In this document: positions 46,041 to 51,415 of the stretch, one piece after another | Layout of the letters: every line of letters starts with the position of its first letter | Numbering within the stretch: the first letter of the stretch is position 1 | DNA from: an uncultured Spirochaetaceae bacterium | GTDB lineage: Bacteria > Spirochaetota > Spirochaetia > DSM-27196 > PWMO01 | Direction of reading: 5' to 3' | DNA length: 51,415 nucleotides | Assembly (NCBI GenBank): GCA_964631585.1 | Contig: CAZVXU010000002.1 | Location: 1 to 51,415, forward strand | Made by a program: the position numbers and the translations under genes | Notes under the pieces: generated by a model | Database searches by the model: none | What the model saw: only the letters and a program-made list of their open reading frames with translations | What the model was told of the DNA's origin: nothing

Positions 46041-47318
46041 TCACCGGCGAAGAAGCCGCGACGAGTTGGCGAGGATGCCGAGATCGGGCAGCGACTGCGC
46101 CGCGGCGGCAAGCACCGGAGGTAGTATGCCGACTGCCGCGAGGCTAAGCCCCACGAGGTTGTAGGCAGCCGTGAAGCCGATATTCCCCCGCACCACGCGA
46201 AGTGTACGTTTTGCGACGGCGAGTACCTCGGGCACGAGCGACCAGTCATCACGCAGGAGTGCCACGTGGGCGGACTCCACGGCAACGTCTGTGCCGGCCC
46301 CTCCCATCGCGATTCCGACGTCGGCCTGAGCGAGCGCCGCCGCGTCGTTGACGCCGTCTCCGACCATCACCACGGTGCGGCCCTGCTGATGATACTCTTT
46401 GACGACCCTGATCTTATCTTCCGGAAGCAGCTCCGCACGGTAGGCGATGCCGAGGTCGCCGGCGAGCCGCGCGGCCGTCCGCTCCGCGTCGCCCGTGAGA
46501 AGCTCGACGGTCGGGATGCCGAGTTCCCGCACGCGGGCGAGCGCCGCGGGAACCTCCTCGCGGACACGGTCTGCGACTGCAATATGCCCCACGGCATTGC
46601 CGTTTCGGGTGACGGCGACGACCGTGGCGCCTATGGTGGCGCGCACGCCGAGGCCGGGTACGGCCGTGAACTCGGTCGGGGTCTCGAGGGTGAGGGTCCC
46701 AGTCTTATCGACGAGGAGAACATCGGCGCGATCGAGGAGCTCGATGTATTTGCCACCCTTTATGAGAAGGCCCCGCCGGGCTGCTGCGCCGACAGAGGCG
46801 AGCATCGCGATCGGTGTGGCAAGGGCAAAGGCGCAGGAGCAGGCGACCACGAGGACGGCAACGGTGGCAAGCGCGTCACCGCTCGCGATGAAAGTTGCCG
46901 CGGCCACGAGGGCCACCACCGGGAGGTAGTAGCCCGAGAATCTGTCGGCCACCCTCTGAACGTCGCTGCGGTTGGCCTCCGCCTCCTCTACCATACGTAC
47001 GACTTTGCCGAAGGTGGACTCCGCCCCGATACGCTCGGCCCGGACCCGCAGCGCGCCGAGCTGCGGAATGGTCGCCGTTCCCGACACGATGGTGCCGTCT
47101 ACGGGGATCCGCTCACCAGGGCGCACGATAACGGTGTCGCCGGCGACCATTGCGGCGACGGCGTCGAAGAGACCGAGCCACTCGCCGACGACCACGATGA
47201 AGAGAATCGCCCCGAAGGCTATCCCGAAGAGGGAGAGCACCTGCCGCGTGAGGTCGTGTCCGCGGGACGCCGCCCCCTCGGCTGCGGCTCCCGACGCGGC
47301 GCCCCCCGGCCTCGCCAC
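46041..47318 (-). pseudogene. shortened heavy-metal (P1B-type) P-type ATPase-like ORF, probably a decayed remnant
   Basis: The 425-aa ORF retains VRPGERIPVDG, a CSC version of the CPC metal site (ACSCAFALATP), DKTGTLT, GDGVNDAAAL and the last two TM helices. It lacks the N-terminal metal-binding domain and first TM helices, the TGE(S) actuator loop and most of the nucleotide-binding domain. It starts with GTG and has no Shine-Dalgarno. Confidence 0.5.
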
Positions 47319-47420
47319 GCCCGTCGTCGGACTCGCGGGGCCCTTCGCGGGAAGGGCAACGAGGGAGGGGACCCGGCCACCGGCGCCCTCGGCGGGCCCC
47401 GCGCCACCGCAGAGAAAAGC

Positions 47421-47450
47421 TTGTAGCGGGGTCGGCGAGCGTGCTACATT
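47421..47450 (+). promoter_or_regulatory. candidate sigma-70 promoter for parE (TTGTAG-18 nt-TACATT)
   Basis: TTGTAG at 47421-47426 and TACATT at 47445-47450, about 40 nt upstream of the ATG, with GGGAGGGG as the RBS. Confidence 0.3.
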
Positions 47451-47491
47451 ATGGATAACGTAAATACCCGTTTACACTTCCTGGGAGGGGA

Positions 47492-49291
47492 ATGGCACGG
47501 TCAAGCGCGGCAACCTACGACGAAAGTAAAATCAAGACACTGTCCTCGCTCGAGCACATCCGGCTTCGCACCGGTATGTACATCGGCCGACTCGGTGACG
47601 GCACGAGCCTCGACGACGGCATCTACGTCCTCCTCAAAGAGGTCATCGACAACTCGGTCGACGAGTTCATCATGGGCCATGGCGATGCCATCCGCATCGT
47701 GGTGAGCGACGAGCTGGTTAAAGTCCGCGATTACGGCCGCGGCATCCCCCTCGGTAAGGTCATCGAGTGCGTATCGGTCATAAACACCGGCGCCAAGTAC
47801 AACGACGATGTCTTCCAGTTTTCGGTAGGTCTCAACGGCGTGGGCACGAAGGCGGTGAACGCCCTCTCCTCGCACTTCCGCGTGGTCTCCTTTCGCGACG
47901 GGAAGTACTTCGAGGCGGTCTTTCAGCAGGGACAGAAGCTCTCGGATCGCTCCGGCAAGGCGCCCAAAGAGCGAAACGGGACCTACGTCGAGTTCACCCC
48001 CGATCCCGAGATCTTCGGTGAGTATCACTACCAGGACGACTTCATCGAGCAGCGGCTGTGGAACTACGCGTGCCTCAACTCAGGGCTCAGTCTCTATCTC
48101 GGAAAGAAGAAATTTCACTCCAAGAACGGCCTCTACGACCTCCTCAAGGGCGAGGTCGGCACCGAGGCCATCTACGAGACCGCTCACTACCGCGGCAAGC
48201 AGCTCGAGTTTGCCTTCACCAGCACAAACAACTACGGAGAGACGTACTTCTCCTTCGTAAACGGGCAGTTCACCTCCGACGGCGGCACCCACCAGAGTGC
48301 CTTCCGCGAAGGCCTCTTGAAGGGCGTAAACGACTACTTCAAGAAGAACTACTCGGGCCTCGACGTCCGCGAAGGGGTTGCGGGTGCGGTTGCGGTGAAG
48401 CTGCAGAACCCGGTCTTCGAGAGCCAGACCAAGAACAAGCTCGGCAATACCGAGATCCGCGGTTGGATCGTCGGTGAGGTGAAGGACGCTGTCACCGACT
48501 TCCTGCACAAGAACACCGACGCGGCGCGCAAGCTCGAGGACAAGATCGTCCACAACGAGAAGCTTCGGAAAGAGCTGAACGCGGTAAAGAAAGAGGCCAA
48601 GGAGGCGGCCAAGCGGGTCGCGCTCAAGATTCCGAACCTCAAGGACTGCAAGTACCATCTGCAGGATGGCGCCAAGGGCCACGAGTCGACGATTTTCATC
48701 ACGGAGGGCCCATCGGCGGCCGGCTCCATGGTCTCCGCACGTGATGTCTACCTGCAGGCCATCTTCGCGTTGCGTGGCAAGCCGCAGAACATGTACGCGA
48801 AAAAGCGGGCGGATATCTACAAGAACGAGGAGCTCTTCAACATGATGATGGCCCTCGGCATAGAGAACGACGTAGAGAACCTCCGCTACGACCGCATCGT
48901 GATTGCAACGGACGCCGACCACGACGGCTTCCACATCCGGAACCTGCTGCTCACCTTTTTCCTCAACTACTTCGAGGAACTCATTGTCGCGAACCGGGTC
49001 TACATCCTCGAAACGCCGCTCTACCGGGTGCGCAACAAGAAGGAGACCATCTACTGCTACAATGACTCCGAGCGTGCCGCGGCACTCGAGAAGCTCTCCG
49101 GCGCTGAGACCACCCGCTTCAAGGGCCTCGGGGAGATATCCCCGTCGGAGTTCGGCCAGTTTATCGGCGAGGACATCCGCCTCGTGCCGGTGAACATCAA
49201 GTCCATAAAGGGCGTGCAGCAGACCCTCGGCTTCTACATGGGCAAGAATACGCCTGAGCGCCGCACCTATATCATGGAGAACCTGGTCTGA
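47492..49291 (+). CDS. parE: DNA topoisomerase IV subunit B (type IIA topoisomerase ATPase subunit)
   Basis: 599 aa. GHKL ATPase (LEHIRLRTGMYIG, DNSVDE, GRGIP), and Toprim (IFITEGPSA, ATDADHDG). It is the short ParE-type form, paired with the A subunit. Confidence 0.85.
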   Translation: MARSSAATYDESKIKTLSSLEHIRLRTGMYIGRLGDGTSLDDGIYVLLKEVIDNSVDEFIMGHGDAIRIVVSDELVKVRDYGRGIPLGKVIECVSVINTGAKYNDDVFQFSVGLNGVGTKAVNALSSHFRVVSFRDGKYFEAVFQQGQKLSDRSGKAPKERNGTYVEFTPDPEIFGEYHYQDDFIEQRLWNYACLNSGLSLYLGKKKFHSKNGLYDLLKGEVGTEAIYETAHYRGKQLEFAFTSTNNYGETYFSFVNGQFTSDGGTHQSAFREGLLKGVNDYFKKNYSGLDVREGVAGAVAVKLQNPVFESQTKNKLGNTEIRGWIVGEVKDAVTDFLHKNTDAARKLEDKIVHNEKLRKELNAVKKEAKEAAKRVALKIPNLKDCKYHLQDGAKGHESTIFITEGPSAAGSMVSARDVYLQAIFALRGKPQNMYAKKRADIYKNEELFNMMMALGIENDVENLRYDRIVIATDADHDGFHIRNLLLTFFLNYFEELIVANRVYILETPLYRVRNKKETIYCYNDSERAAALEKLSGAETTRFKGLGEISPSEFGQFIGEDIRLVPVNIKSIKGVQQTLGFYMGKNTPERRTYIMENLV

Positions 49292-51231
49292 TGGCATACG
49301 TCGGCACGGTGTTCAACGATAACTTTCTCCACTATGCCTCCTACGTGATAAAGGACCGTGCGATTCCCGACGTAGAGGACGGCCTGAAGCCCGTGCAGCG
49401 GCGTATCCTCCACACCCTCTTCGAGATGGACGACGGGAAGTACCACAAGGTGGCAAACGTCGTTGGCTACGCGATGCGCTACCATCCGCACGGCGACGCC
49501 TCCATCTACTCCGCCCTGGTGGTCCTCGCGAACAAGGACCTCCTCATCGACAAACAGGGCAACTTCGGCAATCTCTTCACCGGCGACGAGGCCTCGGCCT
49601 CGCGCTACATCGAGTGCAAGATAAACCCGCTTGCCAAGGAGCTCCTCTACAACCCCGAGATTACCACCTTCGAGGACTCCTACGACGGCAGAAACCGCGA
49701 GCCTGCGGTCTTTCCCGCCAAGGTGCCCCTGGTGCTCATCCACGGCGCCGAGGGGATCGCGGTTGGCATGTCGACGCGGGTGCTTCCGCACAACTTCGCG
49801 GAAGTCCTGCGGGGCATGGTCGACGTGCTGAACGGCCGGGAGGTCGAGCTCTTCCCCGACTTTCCCACCGCCGGCCTCCTCGATGTCTCCGGTTACGCCG
49901 ACGGCACCGGCAAGGTGCTCGTGCGCGCGAAGCTCGACACTCGCGACCCCAAGCGCATCGTCATCCGCGAGCTTCCCTTCGGCTCCACGACGGAGAGCCT
50001 CATCGCCTCCATTGAGCAAGCCGCCAAGCGTGGGAAGGTGAAGATCGCCGGCATAAGCGACTACACCTCGGAGGAGGTGGAGATCGAGATCAAGCTCGCC
50101 CGCGGGGTGTACGCCAACGACGTCATCGACGCTCTCTATGCCTTCACCGACTGTGAGACGGCCATCTCGGTGAATCCGCTTGTCATTCGCGATAACCGCC
50201 CCGTCATCATGCCGGTGAGTGAGATCATCGCCTACCACTCGGCGAAGCTCGTGGAGATCCTCCAGCGCGAGCTCGAGCTCGAGCGGCACAAGCTGCGCGA
50301 GAAGTATCATGCGCGGACCCTCGAGCGTATCTTCGTCGAGGAGCGCATCTACAAGAAGATCGAGGAGATGAAAACCGAGCGTGCGGTCATAGAGGCCGTT
50401 CTCAAGGGCTTCGAGCCCTTCAAGGCCGAAATCCCGCGTGAGGTCACCGAGGAGGATGTGGAGCGACTTTTGAAAATTCCCATCCGGCGAATCTCGCTCT
50501 ACGACATCAACAAGGCCCGCGAGGAAATGGAGCGGATCACCGCGCGGCTCGCGGAGATCAAGAAGCACCTCTCAAACATCACCGGCTATACGATCGACTA
50601 CCTCGGCGATATCATCGCGCGGGTCGGCGACGACTTCGGCCGTCGCACGAGCCTCACGTCCTTCGAGAAGGTGGATGTGCGCGAGGCGGCCCAACGGGAC
50701 CTCACCCTCCGCTACGACGGAAACACCGGTTACCTCGGCTACGAGGTCACCACGGGCAGTAAACAGTTCGATGTCTCCGTCTATGATCGGGTGCTCGTCG
50801 TGCAGCGTGACGGCACCTACTACGTCAGAAACGTGCCGGAGAAGCTCTTCGTGGGGAAGGGGATGCTCTTCTGTGACCGCGGCGAGAAGGAGGAGGTCCC
50901 GAAGCACACCTTCTCCCTCCTGTACCGGAACGCCACAGGCGAGACATACCTCAAGCGATTCCGGATCGAAACCTACATCACCGACCGCGAGTACTCCATG
51001 CTTCCCGACGGGTGCAAGGTGCTCGACCTCACCACCGACGAGCGGAAAGTGGCCCGCCTGCAGTACAAGCCCAAACCACGTCTCAAGAAGCTCGAGGAGA
51101 TCTTCGACCCTGCGGAGCATCTCGTGAAGAGCGTACGCGCGGCCGGCGTGCGCCTCTCGACCAAGGACCTGAAGAGCGGGGGCTTCGTGCTGAAGCGCGC
51201 CGGCGGCTCGAAGGGCACAAAAAAGAGCTGA
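49291..51231 (+). CDS. parC: DNA topoisomerase IV subunit A
   Basis: 646 aa. KDRAIPDVEDGLKPVQRRIL, HPHGD, and the catalytic Tyr context ASRYIECK. The C-terminal domain is short. The ATG overlaps the parE stop (TGATG). Confidence 0.85.
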   Translation: MAYVGTVFNDNFLHYASYVIKDRAIPDVEDGLKPVQRRILHTLFEMDDGKYHKVANVVGYAMRYHPHGDASIYSALVVLANKDLLIDKQGNFGNLFTGDEASASRYIECKINPLAKELLYNPEITTFEDSYDGRNREPAVFPAKVPLVLIHGAEGIAVGMSTRVLPHNFAEVLRGMVDVLNGREVELFPDFPTAGLLDVSGYADGTGKVLVRAKLDTRDPKRIVIRELPFGSTTESLIASIEQAAKRGKVKIAGISDYTSEEVEIEIKLARGVYANDVIDALYAFTDCETAISVNPLVIRDNRPVIMPVSEIIAYHSAKLVEILQRELELERHKLREKYHARTLERIFVEERIYKKIEEMKTERAVIEAVLKGFEPFKAEIPREVTEEDVERLLKIPIRRISLYDINKAREEMERITARLAEIKKHLSNITGYTIDYLGDIIARVGDDFGRRTSLTSFEKVDVREAAQRDLTLRYDGNTGYLGYEVTTGSKQFDVSVYDRVLVVQRDGTYYVRNVPEKLFVGKGMLFCDRGEKEEVPKHTFSLLYRNATGETYLKRFRIETYITDREYSMLPDGCKVLDLTTDERKVARLQYKPKPRLKKLEEIFDPAEHLVKSVRAAGVRLSTKDLKSGGFVLKRAGGSKGTKKS

Positions 51232-51252
51232 GCCGCATGTGCGGCCCAGCTC
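51225..51252. terminator. hairpin between the convergent parC and RRM genes
   Basis: GAGCTGAGCCGCA-TG-TGCGGCCCAGCTC forms a 13-bp stem with one mismatch and overlaps the parC stop codon. It is followed by TTCGGG, a weak U-tract. Confidence 0.45.
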
Positions 51253-51308
51253 TTCGGGTGTAATCGCTGTCGTTGTATAATGCTACAGGTGTGTAGGGCT
51301 CGGCTCAA

Positions 51309-51415
51309 CTAGAAGCGGCGATCGTTCCGCGGCTTGGCGGGGTTGACCTTGAGCTGTCGGCCGTCGAAGTCCTGGCCGTCGAGCGCGCTCTCTGCCGCCT
51401 GGGCAGCTTCCTCCG
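51309..51415 (-). CDS. RRM-type RNA-binding protein, C-terminal fragment (the N-terminus lies beyond the window end)
   Basis: My own reverse-strand translation reads ...EEAAQAAESALDGQDFDGRQLKVNPAKPRNDRRF*, with a TAG (complement of 51309-51311). This is the typical tail of a bacterial RRM/RNP-1 glycine-rich-type RNA-binding protein (GRxLxVNxAKPR). Confidence 0.6.
   Translation of the reverse strand, partial: EEAAQAAESALDGQDFDGRQLKVNPAKPRNDRRF

Noticed and set aside
48080-50568. 405-aa and 433-aa ORFs antisense to parE and parC
   Set aside because: They have a low-complexity Leu/Val/Glu/Asp/Arg-rich composition and mirror the codon periodicity of the sense genes. They have no RBS or motifs.

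Overview
GC-rich (by eye, not computed) bacterial chromosome, tightly packed and mostly co-directional. No rRNA, tRNA, CRISPR, transposase or integrase was recognised. Gene content loosely suggests a free-living spirochaete-like organism, but that is a guess.

Content from left to right:
- A partial secreted protein, then a P-loop/Asp23-like fusion protein and an RluA-type pseudouridine synthase, all on the minus strand.
- A DUF212 protein and an unknown polytopic membrane protein, the latter translationally coupled to a complete rnfCDGEAB operon.
- A GH57 glycoside hydrolase.
- An encapsulin plus encapsulated-ferritin (EncFtn) operon.
- prfB with its programmed +1 frameshift, then a CheY-like regulator, a PEGA protein, ftsY, a YD-repeat protein and lolC-lolD-lolE.
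- mcsA-mcsB-clpC.
- An accessory carbohydrate region: an orphan gene pair, a mutarotase-like gene, a 1118-aa DUF5107/TPR protein and an AraC regulator.
- A cytoplasmic histidine kinase whose input domain is an ABC-transporter ATPase paralogue, followed by an NtrC-type sigma-54 activator.
- A textbook sigma-54 promoter driving araFGH fused to three enzymes: an RraA-like aldolase, an enolase-superfamily dehydratase and an SDR.
- A head-to-head NicO-like/DUF1007 metal-transport pair, a heavily shortened P1B-ATPase remnant, parE-parC, and a partial RRM RNA-binding gene.

The best candidate for something undescribed is the ABC-ATPase-domain histidine kinase, NtrC-type regulator and sigma-54 promoter controlling araFGH plus a non-canonical sugar-oxidation module. 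All family assignments come from reading the translations. No database search was run.
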